This document shows, piece after piece, positions 1-46,943 of a stretch of DNA of 64,000 bases (positions are counted from its first letter, which is position 1; each line of letters begins with the position of its first letter). The DNA is from Leucoraja ocellata (Eukaryota): the NCBI GenBank assembly GCA_036785375.1, contig JAWMAR010000041.1, positions 8,618,001 through 8,682,000 of the forward strand, given 5' to 3'. The notes under the pieces are model-generated. The model saw nothing but the letters and a program-made list of their open reading frames with translations. It searched no databases and was not told the DNA's origin. A program made the translations under genes and the position numbers.

Positions 1-114
1 CTAGGCCTTTGTACTTCTACACCAATTACATAATCACTATACAATCACATCCAGTAGATTTAATCATTCGAGGATTTTAATAAGCATGCATACTGCATCT
101 GAAGGTAGATTTAC

Positions 115-33829
<33,715 letters not shown>

Positions 33830-34060
33830 GTTTGTGGAAAATTACTAGAAAGAGAAAGTATGTACATTATTCCAGGAACACTGGCAGTTTTGTACAACTT
33901 TAGAATTATGTACAAGGTGTGTTTCATCCCTTCAACATTCATCCGTTTAGGAAGCCATGTTTGGCAACATGCATTTCCTGTACCATGCCACAGCTATCTG
34001 AGTCACTGCCATTCACTGGAGATTGGTACACAGTCATATAAAGGAATTACATATACAGAC

Positions 34061-34258
34061 TGTAGATTGGTTATCGCATGTGAACCAATCAGCATCATTA
34101 ACTCCACCTTACTGTACACTTTATATTAACACCCATTTCCTACATTACGTAGTCTTGTAAGTGGTAGTGATGAACTAACAACCTACTGTACCTCTATACC
34201 AAATGCTATGATTAAAGATGATTTAAACTCCAGACCTGTGTCTAATAGGTCATTTACA
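34061..34258 (+). repeat. 5' LTR (198 bp)
   Basis: Direct repeat of 38477-38684; TGTA...TACA ends; ATTAAA poly(A)-like signal. Confidence 0.95.
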
Positions 34259-34269
34259 TGGTGTCAGAA
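34259..34269 (+). other. Primer-binding site, probably tRNA-Leu
   Basis: TGGTGTCAGAA directly follows the 5' LTR and is complementary to the ...UUCUGACACCA 3' end of tRNA-Leu(CAA) as I recall it. Confidence 0.7.
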
Positions 34270-37200
34270 AGCGTGAAGTGGCCCACTGCATCCGTATATC
34301 GGGTTTTATTTGCATTTTATCAGTTTCATCTGTATTATCTTGGCTCACTCGTGCCGCAAGCCAGCACACCTCATCTTTGACTCGGACATCGAAGAATGAT
34401 GGCAGCTCTTCGAGATCGACTACGAACACTATATCAACATCGTCCATCGAAATGACCCAGATGAAGTCAAAGCTTCCCTTCAACTAAACCTGGCAGTACC
34501 AGAGGCTTTGATGTGAGCGCAAACCTTCGACTTCTCGCGAGCCGTTCTTGACGATAATGGCAAGGTAGTTGTTCCAGCTGAGACTGTGCATAACCTCAAT
34601 GTCCTGCTACGTAAATTCCGCGAAATGTGTGACCTACCCTCTAACCACGTCTAGGAAAGAGCCAATTTCTTCACGTGACAACAGCTTCCTGATGAACCTG
34701 TTGAACGATTAATTTGTGATTTTTGTCAGTTTGATACTTGGCAGTGGCATGTCTGACCAAAAGCTCAAGACAGAACTATTACGGAATGCTGACCTAACTC
34801 TTGAACAAGCTGTGCATGCCTGCCGCATGTCTGAGATTGTGGCCCCACTGAACGACCAGTTTGACACTAAGATAAAGAGTATAAACCTGACAGGCTTCAT
34901 TAAACGAGCCATATCAACAGCCAACAGGAGATTTATGAATGAACAGCCGCAAACGGCTAATCGAGGATTTATGAATGAACCACAACAAAGATGTCCGAAC
35001 TGTAACTATCTCCACAACAAGGGACGGATATTCTGTGCAGCAAATGGCAAGCCATGCAACTACTGCAAGAAGATAAACCATTTCACCATTTGCTGCAGGT
35101 CCCGTGGAAACCGCAATTCTAGCTCGGCGTCTGATCTGCACGTGCTGCAACAAGACCAAACATTTTCAGAAGCTCGAAGCTGCCCACAAGGACGATCCAA
35201 TTAGCTCATATGAAGAGTCTACTGTTCACACCCTCCTCCACACAGTTGGTAAGCTTTTGGATCCCTCTGTGTCCATGCTAATTAATAACAAGTCTGTGAA
35301 GGCCAATTGGATATCGGGGCGCGAGTGAATGTAATGTCCCTGAAAGTCTACAACAAGATAAGAAATAATGAGACCTTGGCTAGAGATGACTCTACCCTGC
35401 AAGCTTATGGGGGGAGGTGCTGCATCCTCTTGGAAGAACTAGCTTTAAATGTGTATTGGAAAATACCACAAAAATTCTGACTTTCTACATCCTAAAATCG
35501 GACTCTGTGACTCTACTGGGCATCCATGCATGCCAGGACCTTGGGCTAGTCTTTTTCGATCGCTCCGTTCACAAGTTGCTTATATCTGAGGACCCAATTC
35601 GAACCTTCCCTGATCTGTTCGATGACAAGCTGGGCAAGCTTCCTGTGACTTATAAAATCGCCGTTGACTCCACCTTTGACCCAGCTATCCGTGCTCCCCA
35701 CCGCGTGCCACATGCCATGCATGACAGAATCCAGACTGAACTTAGAAATATGGTTTCCATGGGTGTACTGGCTGAAATCAGTGAACCTACAGACTGGGTC
35801 TCCACCATGGTTGTCACGAGAAAGAAAGACAAAGACGAGCTCCGTGTGTGCATCAACCCAAGAGACCTAAACACTGCCATCAAGCGCCCACATTATTCGA
35901 TAAGAACTGTCGAAGACGTCGCGGCCCAAATCGGTCGCGCAACTGTGTTCTCCGTACTAGACGCCAAAAGCTCATTCTGGCAGATACCTCTAGATGACCA
36001 GTCCTCGAACCTCACTACGTTCGCTACACCATTTGGCAGATTCAAATTTCTCAGAATGCCATTTGGTATCAATTTGGCTAGCGAAGTCTTTCAGAGAACC
36101 ATGGGCCAGCTGTTCACAGACTTCCCATGTGCCATCATTATAGATGACATCCTGGTGTATGGTATAGACGTAGCGGAGCATGACTACAATCTCAAGCAGA
36201 TTCTGGACAGGGCACATGAGATTGACCTAAAGTTCAACCACAAGAAATGCAAGTTCCGCGTTCCAGTGGTCACCTATGTCGGACACATATTCACTCGCGG
36301 TGGTCTGAAGCCAGACCTGAAGAAAACTGCAGCCATCCGCGAAATGCCTGCCCCTGTCGATGTACACAGCCTACAATGCTTTCTGGGTATGGTGAACTAC
36401 CTGGGAAAGTTTATACCCAATCTCAGTGAACTCAGTTCACCACTGAGACAGCTCACCTGCAAAAACACTGAATGGACCCAGTACCAGCAACACCAATTTG
36501 ACTTTTTTTAAATAGAGCTGGCTAGCACTCCAACCTTGACATACTTCGACCTGAAGCGACCTGTGACAATAACCTGTGATGCCTCACAATACGGGTTGGG
36601 CGCAGCCTGCCTTGAAACATCTGCCGACGGCATAGTATTACCGGTATCGTACACCTCTCGCACCATGACGGACACCGAACAATGCTATGCCCAAATTGAG
36701 AAGGAGCTGCTAGCTGTGGTCTTCGCATGCTCTAAATTTTAAAAATTTCATCTTTGGGAACACTTTCGCAGTTGAAACCGACCATCAACCACTAGTAACC
36801 ATCCTGAACCAACCCATTCACACAGCACCTGCACGTTTGCAGCACATGATGATGATGCAGCTCCAGCGGTTCGACTTCAGAATCGTTTACAAAAAAGGAA
36901 AGGACATGCTCATCGCCGACACTCTCTCTCATGCACCATGTGCATCTAGTGAATGACATCCCTATGAATGTGACAAGCTCACAGTTCTCAAGGTTGACTT
37001 CATTCCCACGGAACGCCTGTGTCGCCTGGCTGAACACACAGGCGCTCTCATCCATTATCAAAAGAGGCTGGCCAGAAAAACAATCCAGCACACACCATTG
37101 GAGGTACAGCCATTCTTCCTAGTCCATGGTGAGTTGGTAATACAAGACGGTGTCATTGTCAAGGGTCACAAAGTCGTGATCCCATCATCCTTACAAGACA

Positions 37201-38476
37201 AATACTGCAAAGAGGAACACAACGGCCACCCAGGCACCGAGGCCATGGTGGCTCATGCACAGAGCATGTTCTTGGCCTGGGATGTCCAAGTGCATACGGG
37301 ACAGAACAGCATCCTGCCCCATCTGCAACAGTTTGGCACCTCACCAACAAAACAGCCTCCACTGCAACAATCCCCTCCAGCACTGCCTTGGACATCTCTG
37401 GCAGTGGACATTTTTGAATGACACGGTAAACACTACCTAGTCCCAGTCGACTCCTAATCCAACTGGTTCGAACTCGACTTGTGCCCACCATCACATCCGA
37501 GATGGTTATACAAAAGCTTCAGAGACATTTTCCTCTATTCGGCACACCAGTTCGTCTGCAAACTGACAACGGAAGACAATTCACTAGCCACGTATTTAAA
37601 CACTTTGCCAAATGTTGGAACTTCCACCATGTCACAAGCAGCCCTGAATATCCCCAATCCAACGGCCTAGCTGAACATGCCATCAGGAGCACAAAACAAC
37701 TAATGGAACGCTCTCATCTTGCCAAGTCTGGTGTCTACCTCGACCTCTTAAACTTTAGAAACATTTCCAGGGACGGGGTCCTGGGTTCACCAGCTCAACG
37801 CCTGATGTCTCGTACAACACGACCTCCACTACCCGTTGCCCAGCGACAGCTGAAGCCACAGGTGTTTAAACCAGCTGCGGCCCAGAAGCGTATACAGGAG
37901 AAACACACCATTGAGAAGCGCTCCTATGACAAGTCCAGCAAACCACTGAAGCCGCCACTGCAGGGTCACGTTGTCCGTATGCAGACTGCTGTGGGACACA
38001 CCCTTCTGGGTTTCGGTGTCGGCCCGTCCAAGGAACCCCGCTCCTACCTTGTCAACGCTGATGGTGTTCTGTACAGTCAAAGCCGTCAGCATTTGCTGCT
38101 AGTCAACGAACCTCGACCACCTCCAGCCGATCCATATGCTCCACCTCTGCCGTTTAAACCCTCTACTGCTCCTGTTACCACTATTCCCAGCGTGCACTCT
38201 CCGCCTCGGTTGGTTACCCCATCTAGCCACGTTAACATTCCCGCATGCTCACCCCGCCGGTCGCCTCAAGCGTCCCCAGCTGCATTCTCCTTCTCGGGGT
38301 CACTGCGTCCCCCACTAACATTTCTAGTACAGAGGGAGAGAGGTTTGTCCGCACGCGTTTGGGTCGAATTAGTAGACCACCTGACAGATACGGCGAGTAC
38401 GTTTAATTGCGTGTGTTTAACATTTGTCTGACTGTTTAATATTTGCCTAACAACCTTTTCTCTTTACGGGGAAGGA

Positions 38477-38684
38477 TGTAGATTGGTTATCGCATGTGAA
38501 CCAATCAGAGTAGTGTAGCATCATTAACTCCACCTTACTGTACACTTTATATTAACACCCATTTCCTACATTACGTAGTCATGTAAGCTGTAATGATGAA
38601 CTAACAACCTACTGTACCGCTATACTATATGCTATGATTAAAGATGATTTAAACTCCAGACCTGTGTCTGTTAGGTCATTTACA
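38477..38684 (+). repeat. 3' LTR (208 bp)
   Basis: Follows the PPT; has a 10-bp AGTAGTGTAG segment missing from the 5' LTR. Confidence 0.95.
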
Positions 38685-39317
38685 CAGACATTTTGTCTTC
38701 TTTCTCTCTCTATCAATTCATTCTGTTCCCTCTCTTTTTGCCCTTTCCTAGTTTACTTTTACCCCTAATCACCCTCCTCCATTGCTTCCTTGCTTTCTTT
38801 CTCTACCCTTAAATTACGTTGATTTTGGGGAACCCAAGTATCATGCTGCTGTTGTTCTGTCATTATCCGATCACACTTTGGGACAAACAGCAGTGGAAAA
38901 ATAATGCAATCAAAAGAGATGTTCATCCCACTTAATGCATCACCTCAGCGATTTCTGCAGTGACTCACAGCGATTGCAACAATTAGCCACTAAAAAGATG
39001 CACAAGTCTTCAACTTTCTAAATTTAAAGAGCACCATCGAGGGTTGAGATAATTGGTTGTCAGCTTGGCCATTTGAAGACCGTTTGCATTGACATTTTTA
39101 CCTTTTAAAATCACTGCATTGTCTTTCCATCATTGTGCATTGATTTGGACTTCTGCCTCGCCCAATGATCTGATCAGTGTGTAGGAAAGAACTGCAGATG
39201 CTGGTTTAAATTGAAATTAGACACAAAATGTAACTCAGCGGGACAGGCAGCATCTCTGGAGAGAAGGAATAGGTGACGTTTCGGGACGAGACCCTAGTAC
39301 GAGGCATCATTGTTAAT

Positions 39318-41556
39318 CATTGTTAATTCAGAAACAATGGTTCTGAACTTAAAGAAAGGTAACTTTGAGGGTATGAGACGTGAATTGGCCAAGATTGACA
39401 GGCAATTCATTCTAAAAGGGTTGACAGTGGATATGCAATGGAAGACATTTAAAGACTGCATGGATGAACTACAAAAATTGTTCATCCCAGTTTGGCAAAA
39501 GAATAAATCAGGGAAGGTAGTACATCCGTGGTTAACAAGGGAAATCAGGGATAGTATCAAAGCGAAGGATGATGCGTACAAATTAGCCAGAAAAAGCAGC
39601 ATACCGGAGGACTGGGAGAAATTCAGAGACCAGCAGAGGAGGACAAAGGGCTTAATTAGGAAAGGAAAAATAGATTATGAAAGAAAACTGGCAGGGAACA
39701 TAAAAACTGACTGCAAAGGTTTTTATAGATATGTGAAAAGAAAGAGATTAGTTAAAACAAATGTAGGTCCCTTGCAGTCAGAAACAGGTGAGTTGATCAT
39801 GGGGAACAAGGATATGGCGGACCAATTGAATAACTACTTTGGTTCCGTCTTCACTAAGGAAGACATAAATAATCTGCCGGAAATAGCAGGGGACCGCGGG
39901 TCAAAGGAGTTGGAGGAATTGAGTGAATTCCAGGTTAGCCGGGAAGTGGTGTTGGGTAAATTGAATGGATTAAAGGCCGATAAATCCCCAGGGCCAGATG
40001 GGCTGCATCCCAGAGTACTTAAGGAAGTAGCTCCAGAAATAGTGGATGCATTAGTAATAATCTTTCAAAACTCTTTAGATTCTGGAGTAGTTCCTGAGGA
40101 TTGGCGGGTAGCAAATGTAACCCCACTTTTTAAGAGAAAACGGGGAATTACAGACCAGTTAGTCTAACATCGGTAGTGGGGAAACTGCTAGAGTCAATTA
40201 TTAAAGATGGGATAGCAGCACATTTGGAAAGTGGTGAAATCATTGGACAAAGTCAGCATGGATTTACGAAAGGTAAATCATGTCTGACGAATCTTATAGA
40301 ATTTTTCGAGGATGTAACTAGTAGCGTGGATAGGGGAGAACCAGTGGATGTGGTGTATCTGGACTTCCAGAAGGCTTTCGACAAGGTCCCACATAAGAGA
40401 TTAGTATACAAACTTAAAGCACACGGCATTGGGGGTTCAGTATTGATGTGGATAGAGAACTGGCTGGCAAACAGGAAGCAAAGAGTAGGAGTAAATGGGT
40501 CCTTTTCACAATGGCAGGCAGTGACTAGTGGGGTACTGCAAGGTTCAGTGCTGGGACCCCAGCTATTTACAATATATATTAATGATCTGGATGAGGGAAT
40601 TGAAGGCAATATCTCCAAGTTTGCGGATGACACTAAGCTGGGGGGCAGTGTTAGCTGTGAGGAGGATGCTAGGAGACTGCAAGGTGACTTGGATAGGCTA
40701 GGTGAGTGGGCAAATGTTTGGCAGATGCAGTATAATGTGGATAAATGTGAGGTTACCCATTTTGGTGGCAAAAACAGGAAAGCAGACTATTATCTCAATG
40801 GTGGCCGACTAGGAAAAGGGGAGACGCAGCGAGACCTGGGTGTCATGGTACACCAGTCATTGAAAGTAGGCATGCAGGTGCAGCAGGCAGTGAAGAAAGC
40901 GAATGGTATGTTAGCTTTCATAACAAAGGATTTGAGTATAGGAGCAGGGAGGTTCTACTGCAGTTGTACAGGGTCTTGGTGAGACTACACCTGGAGTATT
41001 GCGTACAGTTTTGGTCTCCAAATCTGAGGAAGGACATTATTGCCATAGAGGGAGTGCAGAGAAGGTTCACCAGACTGATTCCTGGGATGTCAGGACTGTC
41101 TTATGAAGAAAGACTGGATAGACTTGGTTTATACTCTCTAGAATTTAGGAGATTGAGAGGGGATCTTATAGAAACTTACAAAATTCTTAAGGGGTTGTAC
41201 AGGTTAGATGCAGGAAGATTGCTCCCGATGTTGGGGAAGTCCAGGACAAGGGGTCACAGCTTAAGGATAAGGGGGAAATCCTTTAAAACCGAGATGAGAA
41301 GAACTTTTTTCACACAGAGAGTGGTGAATCTCTGGAACTCTCTGCCACAGAGGCTAGTTGAGGCCAGTTCATTGGCTATATTTAAGAGGGAGTTAGATGT
41401 GGCCCTTGTGGCTAAGGGGATCAGAGGGTATGGAGAGAAGGCAGGTACGGGATACTGAGTTGGATGATCAGCCATGATCATATTGAATGGCGGTGCAGGA
41501 TCGAAGGGCCGAATGGCCTACTCCTGCACCTAATTTCTATGTTTCTATGTTTCTAT
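39318..41556 (+). mobile_element. CR1-clade LINE, longest copy, 5'-truncated, two frameshifts
   Basis: KSPGPDGLHPRVLKE, FADDTKL and RT motifs; (TTTCTATG)n tail; nearly identical to 1165-2570 over the shared part. Confidence 0.95.
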
Positions 41557-42419
41557 CAGCCTGATTTGATACTTTCAGCATGGCAGCCAAGAAACTCAGA
41601 GGGAGATCTGCCCATTCCAAACAATCTTTCTCTTGGGAGCCACGCTGTTGGCATTGAGAATATTGAGCTGGCCAAGACTGGATGTACCTTAGTGCGGCCA
41701 TAGTTTTGAAATTTAAATAAACTCAGATTTGTCCATTGATCAGTCTCACAAGGTGCCTCGTTCTTTCACTCTCTCACACACACGCTCCCCGCTGTGCCAA
41801 GAACACCCACATTCCTACTGGACGCCAGTGTGGTATTTCAGACTTCCACTGTTATTTCACAGCATTCCATGCAGATCATTCACCTGGCCTGATGACATTT
41901 TATTATATATACATTTCCTGTATTTTCCCCTCCAGCTCTATTTCTTAACATGAACATTTCCAAACCAGATTGGGATCACCTGCAGCTCTGCCAACAGGAA
42001 ATGCAGAGATGAAAATTGATTGCAGAGTGCGGAACATCAAACAGACAACAGTAAATGTTGGTTTTGCAGTATGTCCTTCTTTTATAGAGACTTATAGTTT
42101 TTCTTGACTTCTTCCTGCAACCACAAGACTCCAACCATTTGCAGACTGTGATGTCAATGCTGGCCTGGATTAGTTGGTTGGAGTCGGCTGCAGGAGTAAG
42201 TAGGAACATGGTCAGTTTTTTTCCATGAGTGTTTGCCGGCTCAGTTGGGATTTAATAAGTGCAACATTGCATTGCATTTGATGATCAGCTTAGGCAAATA
42301 GCTGACACTCCCTGTTGAAAAGTGTGTGTTGGAAATGCTCTGTGTGGACACTCTCTGTTCGAACCATTCTGTGTTGACAGTGTAAAACAAAACCATTAGC
42401 GAAATCCAAAGCTAATGCA

Positions 42420-42728
42420 AATTTAGGTTAATTTAGATTAGAGAAACAGAGCAGACACAGGCACTTTGGCCCACCGAGTCTGCACCAACCAGCAATCCTC
42501 ATACACTAGCCCTATCCTACACACCAGGGACAATTTACAATCTTTTATTGAAGCCAATTAACCTACAAAACCTGTACTTCTTTGGAGTGTGAGAGGAAAC
42601 CTGAGCACCTGGGGAATACCCACGCGGTCCCGGGGAGAACGTACAAACTCCGTACAGACAGCACCCATAGTCAGGATCGAAACGGGGTCTCTGGCGGTGT
42701 AAGGCAACAACTCTACCACTGTGCCACC
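42420..42728 (-). mobile_element. tRNA-headed SINE (HE1-like)
   Basis: Same body as 7048-7360. Confidence 0.85.
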
Positions 42729-44752
42729 CATTATTGATCCACAAGTGGCCCATTTGTGCTAGACTATGATATTAATTATCATTTCAGCATTTCCAGTCAA
42801 AATATTAGCTGATCTTACTCCACTAATATCTTGTTGGGGTTCAGGAGCAGGGAGCCTGAGGGTTACAGTATCACAAATCTGTGAAAGTGGAGCAGCTGGG
42901 TATCACATCCCAAATTGTTATCCCACAAATGAGCATCAAGTTTCAAATGTTTATAAAATTATGATATTGCTCTGAACCAATCACAATCAGCTCATGCATT
43001 TTTTGTTTACCAAGAATGAAGCTTCCAAACGCTGGGCAAACTTGGGAGAGTTTCACTTTGAATTCAGTCAATGGAGTAACAACAAATCTACAATTCCTAA
43101 TGATGGGACTTTCTACCAGTACTAACAGCAATGATAAAGTCACCAGCCTTGATGTGCAAAATAATATATATATGGATCCAGGAACTGCAAAGCTGAGAAA
43201 CAATGATAAAGAAACTCAGTGGCCATATCAATTGAGATTTTCTGGGGCTACACAAAAGCCATATGAAACATTGCAGCACTGAAGTATCAAGCTAAGATGA
43301 ACAAAACAAATTAGACTCCATTCATCTTGAACACTGGCCACCACTAATTAGGAAATATCATCAGGATTCATCATAGAACACTGACACATCAGTGCCTGGA
43401 CATTCTCCAAGCTGCAGGCTCAGTGAGGGCTGATCTGATAGACATGTATAAGATCATGAGAAGAATAGATAGCGTGAATGCACCGTCTTTTACCCTAGGG
43501 TAGGGGAATCAAAACCAAGAGGACATATGTTTCAGGTGAGATCTTAAAATGTAATACATATTTTAGGGGAAACTTTTTTACTCAAAGATTGTGGCTTTAT
43601 GGAACGAGCTGCCAGAGGAGGTAGTTGAGTACGATAACAACATTTAAAAGACACTTGGACAGGTACATGGATAGAAAAGATTCCGAGAGATATGGGCAAA
43701 GCATGGGCCTAGCTTCGATAAGATATTTTGGTCAGCATGGACGAGTTGGTCGAAGGGCCTGTTTCCATGCCGTATAGCTCCATGCAGCAAAGCTGCCCAG
43801 GGAAACACAGGTATTTGGGATGATGGAAGAGCTTTTTTCCCTCAAGTTTCACACTATTAGCAAAAATCCCGAGTAAACAACAGGAAAGCCTGTTGGATTT
43901 GTCTGGCATCAAGCCTCGGCAAATCCAACAAATTACTCTGAATAAATTTGCTCTGGGTCAATCCCCTCTCTAACAACACCTTTCAATGCAATCACAGTTG
44001 AAAAAGCTCTCCTCCCTTACATCCCAAACCTTTGCAATGTCCAGCAACCAAAGCAGTCCTTCCAAATGAGATGGCTGTTCATTTACATTTCTTCCGACAC
44101 AGTGCACTGCAGTCAATGCTCAATGTGCAGTCCCCTTGACACCATGGACACCCAACACCCAACGTCAGCTTTGCAGAACAGAGGGAGAGAGATGGCAGAT
44201 GCTGGTGTTGAGACTGCAGATGCTGGACAATCGAAGGTACACAAAAATGCTGGAGAAACTCAGCGGGTGCAGCAGCATCTATGGAGCGAGGGAAATAGGC
44301 AACGTTTCGGGCTGAAACCCTTCTTCAGATGCTGGACCAAAAACAAAAACAGCTGCTGGAAGAACTCAGTAGGTCAAACAGCATCTGTGGAGGCAACTGG
44401 ATGGTCGGCGTTCAGGTCAAGACCCTGCATGAGGACTGACCACCTCCATTCAGTCTCCAAACATTGCCCTGCACCTGCAGTTATCTGTCACTATAATTCT
44501 ATAACCCAAACCTATTCTAACCTCTCTACCTATGGCCTTCAAATCAACTCAACATCAGCATGATGAACAGTAATCTACTCACCCCCGTGGCAAATGGCAG
44601 CCTTCCAGATTCAATAATAAAGTCAACAATTTCATTGAAGTCTCCAATCCACCTTCCTATCTCACATTTTCTACATTTGGATTTTTTTGCTTTCCTCTCC
44701 GCTGGCAAATACAGATTTCATTGTTACCCCAGACAGTAACTTCATTAGTTAT

Positions 44753-44932
44753 AGAAACATAGAAACATAGAAATTAGGTGCAGGAGTAGGCCATTCGGCC
44801 CTTCGAGCCTGCACCGCCATTCAATATGAGCATGGCTGATCATCCAACTCAGTATCCCGTACCTGTCTTCTCTCCATACCCTCTGATCCCCTTAGCCACA
44901 AGGGCCACATCTAACTCCCTCTTAAATATAGC
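44753..44932 (-). mobile_element. Young CR1 3' end
   Basis: (CATAGAAA)n tail plus the reverse complement of about 41380-41556. Confidence 0.9.
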
Positions 44933-45076
44933 TTTTGAATATAAATTATGAGCCTTTACCATCCACTTCCACCACTACTGCTGCTACATCCAACCTCAGC
45001 TGGTCTCTATCTGACACAGTGCTTTCCTTTGGTCCTCTCCTTTACATATCCAACTTTTCTACAATCTGATTAAGGA

Positions 45077-45250
45077 AGTTTTTTTTGGCCTTCCATCACA
45101 GCGATGTGATGGATGTTTATGTAAAATGTAAATTATGTTGTGTCTGGGGTCTATTTGTTTGTAATGTATGGCTGCAGAAACGGCATTTCGTTTGGACCTC
45201 AAGGGGTCCAAATGACAATTAAATTGACTCTTGACTCTCTTGACTCTTGA
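45077..45250 (+). mobile_element. 3' end of a non-LTR element with a (CTCTTGA)n tail
   Basis: Terminal hairpin TTTGGACC...GGTCCAAA then tandem tail; related to 24945-25854. Confidence 0.6.
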
Positions 45251-46377
45251 ACAGCAATCTGAAACACCCACTCTTGTTTTTCTCTTCACAGATGCTGGCT
45301 GATCTGCTGAAGAGTTCCAGGTTTTCCTTTTTATTTTTAAATTCAGGTTCCCTCATCTACTGGAATTTGCTTTTGTTACTCTTGGAATGACTATTGGCGA
45401 TTTCCCGCCACAAGGAACTAGCAGCTCTTACATTCCAACTAATGTGATGCCTCAACAACATTAGTTGTGTGCAAGAACAGATGTGGAGCTAATGGCTGGG
45501 TAAAGATGCAATAGGGGATGTTGGGGGGAAAGAAACGGAGAATGAATACAAATATCTGTGTCCATTTCAAGCCGAATACAAATATTTACATTTTAGAATT
45601 AACCCATGAAATGATCAGTCACAAATCTTCAAATATATGCATTTAAAGGATAAAAGAGAGAACTGCATTACATCTTCTATACATCATGTGACTAAGTTAT
45701 GTACTGTCCACAACCTATTTTTAAAGTACTGCAGGAACTTGAACACAGAATCTATAATGACCTGATATTTAATTTCAGTCAAATTGACTGTGGAATAAAC
45801 ATTGGCCAATTTTCTACGTTCTTCAAAAAGAGCCAATTTTATATTCATTTTATATCCATTTTATATCTTTTTATATCGACCTGAGAGCTTAATTTAGTAG
45901 ATCATTCAAAAGATGACACCTCAGACAGTGTAGTACTCCTGGAATGTAACTCTAGAATGCCCACCCAAAGTGCCAAAGTGTCATCTTGGTTTTTTTATGT
46001 GGTTAAATCTCTGGATGTTAACAAAACATTCATTTTTTACAGAAATTAGAAACATTATGCATAAACATTCACTGTTCTTAAACTCCCTGAACGGGCCCAT
46101 TCACCTGGTTATTTTATTTGATTTACATTTACTAAAGTAAATAATAATTTATGAGCAGAAAGAGTAGGTGCATGTATGGATTGAAGGTGTGTTTGATAAG
46201 AAGGGAGAGGATATAAAATAAGTACAATTTTCAAACAAAGATCAGCAGAAGCATTTCACTTAATTGAATGAATAAATGATGCATATTCAGCAGAAGCATC
46301 TAGCTTTTAGAATCAATACTTCCTATTAAACGATACCCATTGCATTACACAAAACAGCATTCTATATTTATTCATTT

Positions 46378-46670
46378 TAGACTTTAGACTTGGGAGATAC
46401 TGTGCGGGAACAGACCCTTCAGCCTAATGAGTCCGTGCCGTCCAGCGATCACCCCATACACTAGCACTATCCTACACACTAAGGACAATTTACAATTTTT
46501 ACCGAAGTCAACTAATCTAAAAAATCTGTACATCTTTGGAATGTGGGAGGAAACAGGAGCACCTGGAGGAAACTCATGCAGTCACAGGTAGAACGTACAA
46601 GCTCTGTACAGACAGTACCAGTAGTCAGGATCGAACGCTATCGGGCAGCAACTCGACCACAGCGTCACTC
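46378..46670 (-). mobile_element. tRNA-headed SINE (HE1-like)
   Basis: Same body; head partly deleted. Confidence 0.8.
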
Positions 46671-46943
46671 AGCCACTCCTAATCTGTGGATGATGGTATT
46701 ACTGGCGAGACCAACATTTCATGCCCAATCCTTACTGCCCTTTTGAAGGTGGTGGAGAGTGTCCTTCTTGAAATGCTGTGCTCTTCTGGTGAAGGTACTG
46801 TACTCCCGCAGTTTTGTTGGGAGGAAATTCCAGGATTTGGATCGAGTGAGAATGAAAGACTGGACATATGTTTCCCAGTGCAATTTCCAGCCTTCTCCCA
46901 AGACTGCTTCGCCTCTTGGACTGTGAAGCCCATTATTGCAAAA

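Larger units (their letters stand above)
34061..38684 (+). mobile_element. Full-length, decayed Ty3/Gypsy LTR retrotransposon (Mag/K02A2.6-like)
   Basis: TG...CA LTRs at 34061-34258 and 38477-38684; 5-bp TSD CAGAC (34056-34060 and 38685-38689); PBS TGGTGTCAGAA; PPT GGGGAAGGA (38468-38476). Domain order is gag zinc knuckles (CPNCNYLH, CNYCKKINH), protease (LDIGARVNV), RT (LRMPFGI, IIDDILVYG), RNase H (TCDASQYGLGA, YAQIEKELLA), integrase (TDNGRQF, PQSNGLAE). Multiple frameshifts and stops. Confidence 0.96.

Noticed and set aside
111-114. In-frame TAA right after the exon-22 donor as the true stop codon
   Set aside because: GTAA is the normal donor, and PDGFRA has a further exon for its C-terminus. 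There is no evidence here for intron retention.
35417-38431. Long Gypsy pol ORFs as a domesticated gene
   Set aside because: The protease catalytic motif is altered (DIG), there are many frameshifts and stops, and the LTRs and TSD are intact, so this is an ordinary decaying insertion.
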